Assembly: GCF_000315625.1 (NCBI RefSeq)
Contig: NW_005434670.1
Coordinates: forward strand, 1,132,258-1,196,257
Direction of reading: 5' to 3'
Length of the DNA: 64,000 bases
Origin: Guillardia theta CCMP2712
Taxonomy: Eukaryota; Protista; Cryptophyta
Position numbers and translations under genes: made by a program. This document shows positions 49,705-62,703 of this stretch, in pieces; within the stretch, counting starts at the first letter, position 1, and each line of letters begins with the position of its first letter. The notes beneath the pieces are model-generated. The model saw only the letters and a program-made list of their open reading frames with translations. It was not told where the DNA came from and searched no databases.

Positions 49705-51082
49705 CCTTCCGCTTTCAACCTGCAACTGCTTCGCTCTCACTGACCCTCCTGCCCTCCCTCTGTCATCCCCGTGAAAGAGAACAGTTGCTGGATCCTGCAG
49801 CCGGCGTTGAACCAGTCCGAGCCGCAACCAGCGTCATCTTCAAGCTACAAGGAGCATGCTGTAGTCCTCGAGGCCCGAATCTAATGAGCAGCAAGATGCA
49901 GGATCATCTCCCTGCAAAACAATGAGTCCACGAACAAGACACATCAAACAAGGAATAACTGAGGGCAGATGTCCACAGTTTCGAAAGAGCTAAGGAATGG
50001 CAATGCAACATGGGATTGGTGCGAATGGTGTTCATGACAGCTCAAAAGCAGGGGATAATTCGGGCGCACAAAGAAGAATGAACATAAACAGGGACGTGCG
50101 AGGCTGCCCAAATCTCAAGCTGGAAGGTTTACGAAAGAGGAATGGACAGATTGTGGCAGGTTGTGTCAAGTCGAGGAAGGGCGAAGAGGAGAACAAGTAG
50201 GGGAACGGAAGAGGAAGGCAGAGGAAGGCAGAGGAAGGCAGACGATAGGCAGAGTCTTCAAGGTCAGCGAAGAACCACCAAGGTGGCTAAACACCGCAAG
50301 CTTGCATGAATGCGCGAGTAGGGGAAAGGGGGTTAAGGGATTCGTCAAAAGAGGGGGTAGGGGTAGCTGGCTTTTGGGCTTACGGCCACGTGGGGGTAGT
50401 CATCAAGGGGGTTATCATGAGGGAGCACTGAACATGGGCTATATTGAACCGGTGGTACATCAAGACAAGGGGTGGATCTAACAGTTGAAAAGATTTTAAG
50501 GGTAAGGGAGGGGTGACAACTTCACAGTGAAGCCCATGGGGTCTAATGGTGGGTTCAGATTTAGAGAGATTTGTTACTTGGGGATACACCATCGGCCAGG
50601 GCCACGGTGTAGAGTGGGTAGGTCTTATGAGGGGGTGGGGGTAGTACAGTCGGGGAGCAAAGATGTGAGTATTACGATTGTGGGGTCAGAGGAATTTGTT
50701 CATGGGGTGGTGACCATGAGGGTGGGGTAGTGGGGTGAGGCCCTGAAAGATCGCAAGGTCGTGCCTTTATTGTATCTAACTCAAAAAAGATAGTACCCCC
50801 ACCGTACGAAAATTTGATATTTGGTAGGGTGGGGTGTTTTCTAAGGGGTAGTTTAGAAGTTAACAAGGGGGTGGTCGTATCAGGGGCCGCGGGTTCGCAG
50901 CGTCTAATTTAAAAGTGTTGTATCGAGTTTAACTTAGGTTCACAGGATTCTATCAACGTGACTCTCAGTCACTCGATGACCCGGGGCCCGGAGGCCCGGC
51001 GGCACTCCCGAAAGCCTGTTTTAACTAAAAACAAGCAAAGGGTGAGGGAAGTTACGGGTCCTGCTCAGTGAGGAATGGTGGA

Positions 51083-54000
51083 ATGACGGCAAGGTGGCAA
51101 GAGGGGGTGCGGCGATGGGTCATGCTGGTCGTGGCTGTTGCGGCGATGCTGGGGGACGGAGGCTGTGCTCGCAAGTCTCAAGACACCCCTCGGAGTTTGC
51201 TCTCGTCAGGTAGAGCATGTGTGCAGGTTGAGATAGGTGACGGTCTCTTGTGCTCAGACCCGGTGATGCCTGTGAATCGGTCGGGATTATCTCAGATCCC
51301 TTGTAACCCTTGGCCTGCTTGCTCCCTCAAGATCTTCCTTGACTGGGTGGTGGATGAAGCGGTATGCTGTCCATGCTAGCTCTGTCCTCTCGCTTGCCAT
51401 GCCCTCTCTCGAGTCTTGTTGCTGACTCCACACCAGGAGACTCTCTCAAGGGCGAAGCGTCTGCGCGATGACATCAGTCAGGTACAAGGAGTGGGTTGAT
51501 GCTGTCAAAGTGAAACTCTCTCGCTCCTCAAGATCTCCTTCTCCAACTGCTCGAGAAACTCCTGCAGCGCTCAAGAGAGGATGAAGGAGATCGACGAGCA
51601 AGTGAAGAAGGCTCAAGCCATGCTCGACAGCTCCGAGGACACAGAGGCCAAGTACAACAAGGTGCGAGAGGGAGGGAGGGAGGGAGGGGAGGGAGGGAGG
51701 GAGGGGAGGGAGGGGAGGGAGGGGAGGGAGGTCGGCGTCGAAGGCTCCGTGCGAGGTTCAGGGACGCCTTCGTGGGANNNNNNNNNNNNNNNNNNNNNNN
51801 NNNNNNNNNNNNNNNNNNNNNNNNNNNNNNNNNNNNNNNNNNNNNNNNNNNNNNNNNNNNNNNNNNNNNNNNNNNNNGGGAGGGAGGGAGTCGCTCAAGC
51901 TCCTGCAGGTTCAGGACGCCTTCTGGGAGATGTGGCTGGCGTCGGTGGGTAGGCGAGTGAAGCAAGTGGAGGATATCGATCAAGAGCTGAGAGAGATCGA
52001 CGAGCAAGAGTCAGGCGTGTGGCTGAACCAGATGCAAGACCTCACGCTCGATGCCTCTCTCCTCGGGGTCTACCAGGAGGGTCATGAGCTAGATGCCAGG
52101 AGGGATCGCTCCTCCTCCTCCTCCTCCTCCTCCTCCTCCTCCTCGCCTTTGATACAAGAGTTGCGCCGGGAGGAGGTTCTCAACAAGTCTTGGGAGCTGC
52201 AGAGACTTGGGGAGTCGAGCTCACTTGTAGACAACATCAGACTTCATGTGAGTTGAGATTGAGTGCGGGGAGGGTGGAGAGCAGTTTCCTTGCGCTGAAC
52301 TTTCGATTATCTACACCTCATCACCTATCTCCTTGCTCTCTTCTTCCCCTCCCCTCCCCTTTCCTCACTCTCCTCACTTGTGCTCTGCTCTGCTCTGCTC
52401 TGCTCTCCTCCCTCTGCTCTGCTCTGCTCTCTGTTGCTACTCACTTGCTGTCAGGTCGAACAGAGGTCTGAATGTTTGCTGCGTGAGCTGCTAGACGTCT
52501 GGCTGTCTATGGATGCAGTGGAGCACACAAGTTGCCCGCTGAACGGGAAGGGAGATTGCTACATGCGATGCTCGAGATACTGCAAAAACAGGGATGAGGT
52601 AGGAACAGGGAAGGAGTAGGATAGAGGCAGGAGCGGGAGGATGGAGAGGAAGGATGGGGAGGAAGGAAGCAGGTGTGGAGAGGGTGCCTGAAGTTGCTCT
52701 CAGTGTCAAGGTGCTGCTGTCATGGGATCCTCCTGCATTGTTATGAAAGATCGCTCCCTCCTCCCCCTCCTCCATCGTCTGCCGGACTCACGGGTGCGAC
52801 GACTGCTGCTGCTGCTGCTGCTGCTCGTCCTCTTGCCCTTGCCCTTGCCCTTGCCCTTGCCCTGCTTCTTCTGCTCCTCTCCCTCCTTTGGCTCCCCCCG
52901 CTACTGCAGTCCTCAGCTATCCGTCAGGTGCTGCTCAAGGAGGTTGCGTCCTCCAAGTCCTCTGACTGGGGAACTGTCTATTTCCGTCGACTCAACAAGA
53001 GCCTGAAGCGGCAGGCCAAGCACTCCCTCGGGCACAAGGTGGGTGGCAAGCAGCTGAGCTCTTGCTCAGGAGGGAGGCGGCAAGGTGACGGTCTTGACAG
53101 CTCTGTGTGATTGTTCCCTTCCGAGACGGTTGCAGTGCGATGAGTCAGGTCGTCCTCTCCTTGTACCTTTCCTTCTTCCCACCACCACCACCTCAACGCC
53201 CCTGCTCACAACCTCTCGCTTTCCTCTTTATTCTCCCTCCCAATCACCTTCTCCTCTTGCACCTTTACCACCACCTCCCGCCCTCCCTCCCGCCCTCCCT
53301 CTCCCTTGTCCAACTCTCTACAACCCCCCCCCACCCCCCCACTTCTTCCTCTCTTTCTCCTCCTCTCTTGTTCTGCGGGTTCTAACTCTGTCTCAGGGCA
53401 AGGGACGACTTGAGAACCTGGAGGAGTTCCTCTACCACATGCCTCTCTTCCTCGACACTGTTGGGGTGAGAACTACCTGCCTGCTGGTGCTGCTGGTGCT
53501 GGTGCTGGTGCTGGTGCTGGTGCTGGTGCTGGTGCTGGTGCTGCTGTTATTTTTGCTGCTTGTGGTTGTGATCGTGGTGACCCCCTCTTTCTGTTCTGAT
53601 ACTCTTACAGGTCCCTGACTTCCGCATCATAGTCGCCGAGCAGGTCAAACGTTTTCTCTTTGTCCCTCACTCCCTGTCCCCTTGGACGAGCGCTGACGTA
53701 CCATGAGCAGTCTCAGCGAGGACACTGGAACAAGGGAATCCTGTTCAATCGTGGGGTATCCTCCTCCTCCTCCTCCTCCTCCTCCTGCTCCTGCTCCTGC
53801 ACCTCCTGCACCTCCTCCTCCTCGTGCCTCTGCCTCTTCCTCGTGCCTCTGCCTCTGCTGTACCTGCTCCTGCTCCTGCCGCTCTTGGGTCTCAATCTCA
53901 CCCTCCTTTCGTTTCTTTCGACATTCTCGCTACCTTGGCTTCTCAGTCTCTTCAATCAGGTTCAGCATGCTGAGGAGCTCGGCTGTGACTATCTTGTCAT

Positions 54001-54696
54001 GCACGACGTTGATCAGATCCCTGTCAGCGACAAGCTGACGCATGAGTGAGATGCTCCCAACCCCCCCCCCCTCCCCTTCTCCCCTCCCCTTCTCCCTTTC
54101 TCCCCTCCGCTCCTCCACACCTTGCCTCTCATCTCCTCTCCTCCCATCTTCAGCCTCCCTGCCCCTGCCGTCCTCACCCTTCCCTTCTCTCGCCATTTCT
54201 CCTCCCCTCTCCTCTGCTGACGTCCCGTCACGTCACGTCCGTTAGCCTCCCCCCTCCTCTCTCTTCTCCCCCTCCTTCTCTGATCGCTTGCTCTCTCTGC
54301 AGGTGGCCGAAGGAGCCACTTCATCTCTGCACCAATACGGATCAGAAAGGTGCCTTAATGCGTTGTTCCTCTTCATCTGCCGTCCTCCTCCTGCTCCTCC
54401 TGCTCCTGCTTCTTCTCCGTTTTCTCCTTCTATTGCTCCTCCTGCTCCTGCTCCTGCTCCTGCTCGGCGTATCTTACTCTCCTTCAAGACTTTCGCTTCT
54501 ACGAAGCCATGGTTGGCGGCGCTTTCCTTCTATCAGTGCAGCATTACAAGGCGTTGAACGGCTACTCCAACAAATACTTCGGCTGGGGACAGGAGGACGA
54601 CGACATGTACGAGCGTGTCAGGTACTCCTGCTGCTGCTCCTGCTGCTGCTCCTGCTCCTGCTGCTCCTGCTCCTCCTGCTGCTGCTGCTGCTCCTG

Positions 54697-54732
<36 letters not shown>

Positions 54733-54979
54733 GTGCTGCTGCTCCTGCCCGTGCACTCCCAACCCTGTTCCTATGTTGTTCCTCCTCCAACCCTTCCGCC
54801 CTATTAACTCCCCACTCCTCTTGAGGCGCAACTTTGAAATATCTCTCAGGTTGGTGTACAAGAAAGTGAAACATGTGCCATCAAAACACGGCAAGGTAGG
54901 ATGAAGAGGACGAAGAGGAAGAGGAGGAGGAGGAGGAGGAGGAGGAGGAGGAGGAGGAGGAGGAGGAGGAGCAGCAGGA

Positions 54980-55062
<83 letters not shown>

Positions 55063-56121
55063 GGTAGTAGTAGTAGTAGTAGTCATAGTCGTAGTTCTAC
55101 GTCGTGGTCGTGCTGCACGGACTACGACGACGGCGCCGACGTCGACGTCGTCGTAGTAGTGATAGTGATGATGAAGAGCAGAGCCGAGCAGCAGCAGCAT
55201 CATGNNNNNNNNNNNNNNNNNNNNNNNNNNNNNNNNNNNNNNNNNNNNNNNNNNNNNNNNNNNNNNNNNNNNNNNNNNNNNNNNNNNNNNNNNNNNNNNN
55301 NNNNTACGGGTGTGATTGATACAATTTACCAAGGACGAAGAGGAAGAGGAGGAGGAGGAGGAGGAGGAGGAGGAGGAGGAGGAGGAGGAGGAGGAGGAGG
55401 AGGAGGAGGGGGAGGAGGAGGAGGAGGAGGAGGAGGGGGCAGAAGGAAGGTGACATGTTTCCAGTATCATGCGCTGAAGCATGGGCGAGTGAAAGGGTTG
55501 GATATCACGGACCTCTTCCGCAACAACAGGTGCTACTTCGCCTTCTCCTCTTCTTTCGCGCCCTTGCCCTCTGCCTCCCTTCCTCCTCCACTTCCTCCCC
55601 CTCCTGCCTTCGTCCTCGCGCACCCTTACTGGAAGGCAGCAAATATCTCGCGAAGATGCGACGGGAGGGAAAAAGGCTACACACGAAGGATGGATATAAC
55701 ACGATCGACCAGGTAAACTATCAGGTTGAGACTGTTGCAGCAGCAGCAGAAGAGGAGGAGCAGGAGCAGGAGGAGCAGGAGTAAAGTTCAAGATGAGGCA
55801 GGAGGCAGGAGGCAGGAGGCAGGAGGCAGGAGGCAGGAGGCAGGAGGCAGGAGGCAGGAGGGAAAAGGGAGGGGCTGGGACGTGAAGATGATACTGCAGG
55901 TCTCCAAGGTCGTCCGGGTCGTCACGGGGCCTGTGGCAGCAGCAGGTGACGTGCTGGGGACGAGCTGGGCATGTCAGTGACGGACAGCAGATGTACCAGG
56001 AGACATGAAGGTCATCCCTGATGTCAGTTACGACCACCTCCTGGTCGATGCTCTAGATGCAGAAGGGCAGCCGTTCCCTCTATGCTCGACCCTCTTCGAC
56101 CAACACTCGCAAGTAGGATGA
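51083..56121 (+). CDS. GT7-family glycosyltransferase (beta-1,4-galactosyltransferase-like) with N-terminal signal/TM and coiled-coil stem; many exons, spans two gaps
   Basis: IVPFRD, IIVAEQ, WNKGILFNRG, YLVMHDVDQIP, MVGGAFLLS..YKALNGYSNKYFGWGQEDDDMYERV. Linkage of the 5' coiled-coil exons (51083-52750) to the catalytic exons is inferred. Confidence 0.85.
51778..51877. other. Assembly gap (100 N)
   Basis: Run of N. Confidence 0.99.
55205..55304. other. Assembly gap (100 N)
   Basis: Run of N. Confidence 0.99.
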
Positions 56122-56220
56122 TGACTATGACGACGACGATGGAGGAGATGGTGGTGAAAGGGGAGAAGGAGGAAGGGGAGAAAGGAGGTGGAGGAGGAGG
56201 CTGGAAGGTTGTGCTAGATT

Positions 56221-58456
56221 TCAATCTATGTCAACAGCGTCCTTAAACTTCTTAGATGACGTTCGGGTGTTTCCTCCCTTCTGTTCGTTCTTACTCTTCT
56301 TCCCCTTCTTCTCGTCTCGTCCTCGCTGCTCCTCTCCCTTCCGCTTCTTTTCGCCCCCTCCCTGCCCAGCTCCTCCCTTGCCGTCGACCTCGCCCCGGAT
56401 CCTTTCGAAACGAGCAACGAAAAAGCCGTTGGTGGAGTCCTGGACACAGTCACCGACATGACGAGAGGAGGGAGGAAGACGAGTAGCGTCAGCATGCCAC
56501 GCGGAAGGAACGGGTGTGTGAGTTGGGGGAGGAGGAGAGAAAGGGGACAGGGTTGACTGGAGGCGGAGGAGGAGGAGGAGGAGGAGCAGCAGCAGCAGGA
56601 GGAGGAGGAGCAGGAACTATACTGACCTTGTCGTGACTTGCTCGCACGCACAGAGGGCCATGAGGTCCGGCAGTCGCGAGGCCCCGATGAGGCCAGGAGG
56701 GGATGGCAGCCACCTGCTTGAAGCTCCTGGTGGCCTGTAGGACCTTCGCCACCACGTCCTCGTTCTCCTCCTGGTGTACGCTGCACGTGCTGTACACGAC
56801 CACCTCTGCCTTGGGCAGGGACATGGCGTCAAGTACGAGTTTGACCTGCTCGGCTGCGAGAGAGGCGATATTGTTCCCGTCCTGCTCGTCGTGCTCGTGG
56901 CTCTGCTCCTCCTTCTCCTCCTCTCCTGTCTGCACGCCTGAGCTCGACCCATGATACTGCGCGACCAGTCCGCTGCCGGAGCAGGAGGGGTCAACGAGGA
57001 AATGCGAAGCCTCTCTGAGGAGGGAGGAGGTGGAGCTGGTGTCTCCTGCGATGGCTCGCCTGGCAGCATCCGAGAAGTCCTGGCCGTGCACTTCAACGAC
57101 GTCGTTGCATCCGAGCTGCGGAGAGATCAGGAGAAGCAAGGGCAAGGCAGGCAGAGAGCAAACCTTGACCATCTGCTTACGGAGGACAGACTCACGGACC
57201 TTGTCCCTCTCGAATGCGAGGATCTGCAGCTCGAGCATCACAACTGCAAGCCGGCACACAACCCCGGCACACAACCGCTCCCTCCACCGCCCCCTCCGTC
57301 CCTCCGTCCCTCCGTCCCTCCATCTCCCTTCCTTGCTCCCTCTTACCTGTCCTTTCTTCGCCTCCTTCCCTGTGGCTCCTTCTGCATGCTCACATGTCAG
57401 GCAGTCAGCTCCTTCCGCTCCCTCCCTCACCCAGCAGAGCTTGCGAGTGAGCCTCGTACAGAAGAGCCGCCACGTGCGACGTCTTGTTTCCCGGGGCTGC
57501 GCATGTATCTACACAGATGGCGCCAGGAGGAAGGGGGTCGAGAGCTACGGCAGACAGGCAGGAGGAGCGATCTTGGAGGATGATCTCTCCCCCATGGAAC
57601 ATCCGATCGGCGAAGAGACTCGTCCCAGCAGGGAAGGCCAGGAGGTTCTTGATGATGCTGTCCATGACGATGGTCCCCTTGGGCGGCTCCACCATGTTGT
57701 TCTTCTTGGCCGGGGCCGCGTCAGCCGTTTGCTTCTTGCTCGACTTTTCCGACGGGACGGTTTTGACATTCCATCCCTTGAGCTGAAAACTTTGCAGGAC
57801 AGACTCCATGTTTGTCTTTCTGACGTTCACTCTGACGTACCGAGGGAGGCGAATCTTCTCTGCATACGCTGCCGCCTGCCCCTTCTTTCGTTTCTCCGCT
57901 AGCGTCTTCTGCAGGTTCGCCTTGTTCCTCTTGACGATGTCAACTAGAGGAGCAGTTCCCCGGACCCTCCTGGAGCCCAGCAGCGCCTCGTACTGAGCAA
58001 GGTGAGAAGTCAGGCAGAGAGAGATAGGCAGCAGATCCCTCCACTAAGGCAGACGCACCAGAAGCACGAGGAGAAGCTTGTCGTCCGGCCGGAGCATCGA
58101 GCTTGGTATCTGCGACATCAACCCAGACTCTCGCGCGACCGTCAGCAGCAGCTCCTCGTTCTTGAGCACGCCGAACACGATAGCCTGCAGTTGAGGCTTC
58201 GCGGAAGCCGGAAGCTATGCGAGAGGTCAGCAGTGAAGGAGAGGAGAAAGGAGTGAAAGGTGAGGTGGGGAGGAGAAAGAAAGGAGGGGAAGGGAGAAGG
58301 GAAAGCGACGGGAGGGAAGGAGAGTGAAGAGCCATGTTCACTTACATCCATCGAGTACAGGACCTGCCTGACTCCCTCTCCTCTCTTGCTCTTCCTCAGC
58401 GCCTCCGCCGCTCCATCGCACACCCCCTGCGCTCCCATCTTCACGTGCTCCCCCAT
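56221..58456 (-). CDS. NSUN5: NSUN5/Rcm1-type LSU rRNA cytosine-C5 methyltransferase, multi-exon
   Basis: PRYVRVN, IILQDRSSCLSAVAL, DTCAAPGNKTSHVAA, ILAFERD, LVDPSCSGSG (motif IV), VVYSTCSVHQEENEDVV (motif VI), TNGFFVARFER, Lys-rich tail. Confidence 0.88.
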
Positions 58457-58811
58457 AATATGCCTTTAACAGACCCTCATACCCGCTCATACTTCCCAAT
58501 TTTCCCCTTTCAAAGTTCTGTGCCCAATCCCTTGCCCCTCCTCCCTCCCTCCCTCCTCCCTCCCTCTGCGCTCTCGTCTCACAGTCTTCTTCTTCCTCTA
58601 CACCCTCGTAGCTCCATCGGTCTTTCTCCTCCTTTCCCTTCTCCTTGCTTCGTTGTTCTCTCTCCTTCTCTGCCATCACCCTGTTGCCCCGCCTCTCCTC
58701 AGAATACGTGGAGGTCTATTATTTCAGTGCAGCTTAACTAGCTCTACCTCGCCTATCTCTTGTCGTGCTGTCTTGGCCTATCTTCCATCCCGATGTACTA
58801 GTTGGACAAGC

Positions 58812-60489
58812 ATGTCATACAGGCCACACAAGAGGAAGAGGGCAACACGCCTCGACGGGAAGTGTGTTGAGGTGACTTGTAGCGGGCTAGTTGGTTACTT
58901 GATGATCGTATTCTCAGGTTGTTGGCGACAATCTGCAGCAGGCGTTCCATCCTGAAAGGCTCCCTGCTTCAATCTCATACACAAGTCGATGGAGTATCGT
59001 GATCCCGCACCCACCTGACTCCTTCGATCAACACAAGGATCAGTTCCTGTCCGAGTACTGCAGGAGGAAGGAGCTGACGAATGTCAGAATCGTCGGAACA
59101 GAGAGTGCGAATGATTCCAATCAGATGAATGACGCCCCTCCCTCTACGAGGGTAACCCTCGAGCTGCAAAGAAAATTGCTACCACGCAAGGAAATATTGA
59201 AATATCTTTGTGAGAGCCCTATCCTGGTTCCGCTGCCTCCAGGTGCACTCTTTTCCTCTCTCATCGCTTCATTACTTCCGCCTCAAGTGACGAAGATACA
59301 GGCTTTCTTGATGACACCTGGACAGAGTTGAATTTCAGCGGCTGTGTTCTGCCGGACAAACTTCTTTCACAGGTTTTGAACGCGCGGAAGTCAGCAGCCT
59401 ATACGGTAGACTGATCATGCTTGACTCAGGTAGGATCGGTAGTTCCAAACCTTGAGAGTATCGACTTGAAGCAATGCTCTGGAAATGAAATCTTAGGGAC
59501 CGGAGGATTTGAAGCGTTGTGCGAAGGATGTCGGCAGCTGCGGAAAGTGAATCTTGCGGGGATTATGACCCTGAGAGACGAGCAACTTGCATGCATGCAT
59601 AAACTTGGAAGCAGCCTCAGATCTGTCGACCTTGGTGGTAGCGTGTGTTTGTCCTCCAGCGCTCTCGCCACGTTTCTCATGGTGATTGGTGTCTCCTTTC
59701 TCTCTTTCACGACTTACTGGCCGACATCTTGTAGAGGGCGGGGAAGAACCTGCAGGAGCTGGATCTTTCAGGGTGTCAAGTGAGCGACGAAGTGAGGTAC
59801 TCTATATCCGTGTATCGACACTTACAATAGGCAGGTTATCCTATCTTTGATTGAAAACTGCAAAAGCTTGACGAGCCTATCACTTGGTTACTGTGAAGCG
59901 ACTCATCATGCAATGGCAATGCTGTTTCGAAACCTCAAGAAGGTGACAGTGTTGAGACTTGTACGGTGAAACCACATGTTTATTCCCGATGCACACTCTC
60001 TCTTACGACTTTTCCAGATCCTTTCCTTCAGCAGAAATGGAAGGAAAGGATGTGGCGTACAAGAGAAGTCGAGCTATGATTCTTCTGATTGCGCGTCATA
60101 TGGGCGAAAATCTATTACATCTGGACATTACAGGTCGGTTCTATAGGAAAAGGAGGCGAATGTCCATTTACGTGCCCTCAGGCTGCAAAGAGGTCAAGCC
60201 TGATGAAGTTGTGTATCTACTGCAACATTGTCCCAACCTTCAATACCTCAACTTGAAGTATTTCTGCTCAGGACGATCATGGAAGAAAGTTTCGGCTCAT
60301 TTTCATGCCAGGTATTGCACTTCGTTGCCACCGGAATTCCTGGAACAAACGGTACCCGCCATACTTCCAGGCTTGTAAGACTCCCAATGCCGATGCACCA
60401 AGTTTGAGCGCACGTGACAATGTCTTCACAGGAAGACGCTTGAGCGAGATCGTCCACGGGTCGATTCAGTCACCCTTACCAAGGACTGA
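58812..60489 (+). CDS. Cysteine-containing leucine-rich-repeat protein (FBXL/AMN1-like), multi-exon
   Basis: NLESIDLKQC, GCRQLRKVNLAG, SLRSVDLGG, NLQELDLSGCQVSD, NCKSLTSLSLGYC, HCPNLQYLNL. N-terminal basic NLS-like HKRKR. Confidence 0.8.
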
Positions 60490-60576
60490 CGTGCTGAAAC
60501 GCAAACAAACGAGCGAAGATCCCCCATCCCATGTTCCCGCCATGGACATCAAAATCTTTGATAAAATAAATCTTGT

Positions 60577-61227
60577 ACGGGTGGTTTATCCATAGGATTG
60601 AGGGGTAGGGGAGAGGAAAAGAGACCCGCCATCGGGAGCAGGGGAGAAGGAGAGGGAAGGAGGCCGAAGGGGAAGGAGTGGGGATGCGGGTATCTTTGCG
60701 CTTGGGGCAATATCAGTGCACATGAGATCCATTCGATGCCTGATGATTGCTAGTTGAAAACTACTCCAATCCCCGCGACGAGCCTCTGGCCGTCGCAATT
60801 TTTGACGGGCCTCACCGGCCTTCTACTCATAAACAAAAAGAAGTTTCCGTGCTCGAAAGACAAATGCGGAGAATATTTGTTGTTATTCGAATGTTCGAAA
60901 TGTATGGCAAATTTATTTGTACATCTTCAGTATCATCTTCAATAATTGTCTAATAACTTTTTCTTATATTTGTTTGAAAAGAAGGCCGGTGAGGCCCGTC
61001 AAAAATTGCGACGGCCAGAGGCTCGTCGCGGGGATTGGAGTAGTTTTCAACTAGCAATCATCAGGCATCGAATGGATCTCATGTGCACTGATATTGCCCC
61101 AAGCGCAAAGATACCCGCATCCCCACTCCTTCCCCTTCGGCCTCCTTCCCTCTCCTTCTCCCCTGCTCCCGATGGCGGGTCTCTTTTCCTCTCCCCTACC
61201 CCTCAATCCTATGGATAAACCACCCGT
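60577..61227. repeat. Long inverted repeat: 248-bp arms (60577-60824 and 60980-61227) around a 155-bp AT-rich spacer
   Basis: Arm ends are exact reverse complements, and the ORF track gives identical peptides on opposite strands (60586-60798 minus, 60946-61218 plus). Confidence 0.95.
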
Positions 61228-61472
61228 CCTCGTTCTTGAAGTTGGACAAGTTTGTCGGAGAAAAAATGGCTCAGGCGCTTTTCTCGCATAGCACGAGGAA
61301 GGGGAAGAGATTCTAGTGGATTGGGAAGGAGAGGAACGAAGGGAGAAAAAGATACTCTGTATCAAGCTCAGTTACAGGACGGGAGATTACCTCAGACGCC
61401 TCGATCTCAACATTTAGGGATCCTCAACACAGTCACAGTGCTCTCGAAAACTTGTATACGTTGAAATCTTTA

Positions 61473-62703
61473 TTAACGATACCAACAAGTTGCTGCAAAC
61501 CGATCTTCCTTTGTTGGCATAACCTTTTTTTTTTTGGCGTAAAGGTCATGAAGAGTTTCGAGCCGATCAAGATTTACCTGATGATGCACACACCCTGAAA
61601 GAAAGATAACTAGCTTACCTTGTGAAGGCGCGACCAGCTCAAACCCTGCCCCATGAAACTCTCGCTTCCAGATTTTCAATTCACCTGTATAACACTCATC
61701 TCGTCTCTCGGATGTTCAAAGACTCATGTGCAAACCTTCATGGGCAGGTTTCCAGTCAGCATTGCAATAGAGTATAGCTGTAACCCTCCTCTGAACTGAA
61801 GTTTCGTCGCTGCCATCGTCCGGAAGTGCGTCGGTGTGTTTCAAATATCCGGAACTTTGTCCGCCACCTTTGAAGCAGGAGAACTGAAGCTCGCGTTCGC
61901 CCCTTAGCTTTATCCGTGAGGAAAGTTCATGGCCCAGAGCATCAAAGAAATCCAACAGAAAGCTGAATGGCCCTGAAATGATACGCTCCGAGTCTCGGTT
62001 TATCCACAGAATCAGATCAGACCTTACACCGTTCAGTTCACCATGAGAACCTTGCTCAAGAGGTAAATACCTGTAGGTTGCTGGCCCTGGAAAGAACCAC
62101 TTGTAATCGCCGGGGCACGTTCCTGTCTCGCTTGTCAACGTGAATTCTCAAAACGAATTGCTTGCCTTTGATTGATGAGGTCACGTCGTGGTCATCCCGT
62201 CCCGCCAGAGAGGAGGTTGCCTCCTTGATGATTTCCTGAATTCGATCATTGTACTTCAAGCACTCCATGGTCACATATCCTTGATCTTGAATTGCATGGA
62301 AGTTCTCTTCCGATATTATCTTTTCTTTTAGGGAAATTCTAGCTAATGGATCATTCTCTTGAGCATAGAAAAGCTTCTTGCATACGCTGAATGCATCAGA
62401 GGTGTATACATCGACGCCTTCTATTCGTGCTTCTTGAATTTGATCCTCCAGGAGATGCCGATTGTTTTGTAGCAGCTGCTCTGCAGACTGCACACCTTCT
62501 TCTGTTCCGTTGCCTTCAAAGACACATTTGGCAGTGATAGATTCCAGACCAAAGAACAAGGGCTCGGTACTGTACCCAATCCACTCTAGTTCATCTTGCA
62601 ATTTCTCACAGGAAGGAAGGAATCTATTGCATTTTGCGTACACTGTTATGCAGTCTGTTTCTGATGTGTGGTAAACTAATCGAACGTAAGCAACTAATCT
62701 CAT
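61473..62703 (-). CDS. 2OG-Fe(II) oxygenase, EGLN/PHD prolyl-hydroxylase-like, multi-exon; 5' end uncertain
   Basis: RSDLILWI, QFSCF.GG..GYLKHTD (HxD), RRVTAILYCNADW, VAPSQGKLVIFLS..HHQV, DRFAATCWY. Confidence 0.82.

Noticed and set aside
51725-51930. Apparent exon duplication across the first gap
   Set aside because: The left copy equals the right copy with scattered extra G bases, which is typical of a low-quality read end after a GGGA repeat; assembly artefact.
54960-55340. Striking progression of trinucleotide repeats (AGG, AGC, AGT, CGT) giving poly-R/S/T ORFs
   Set aside because: It sits beside an N gap, and AGGACGAAGAGGAAGAGG is repeated on both sides, indicating slippage noise rather than biology.
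60586-61218. Duplicated 70-90 aa protein gene on both strands
   Set aside because: The identical peptides simply reflect the inverted repeat; there is no coding evidence.
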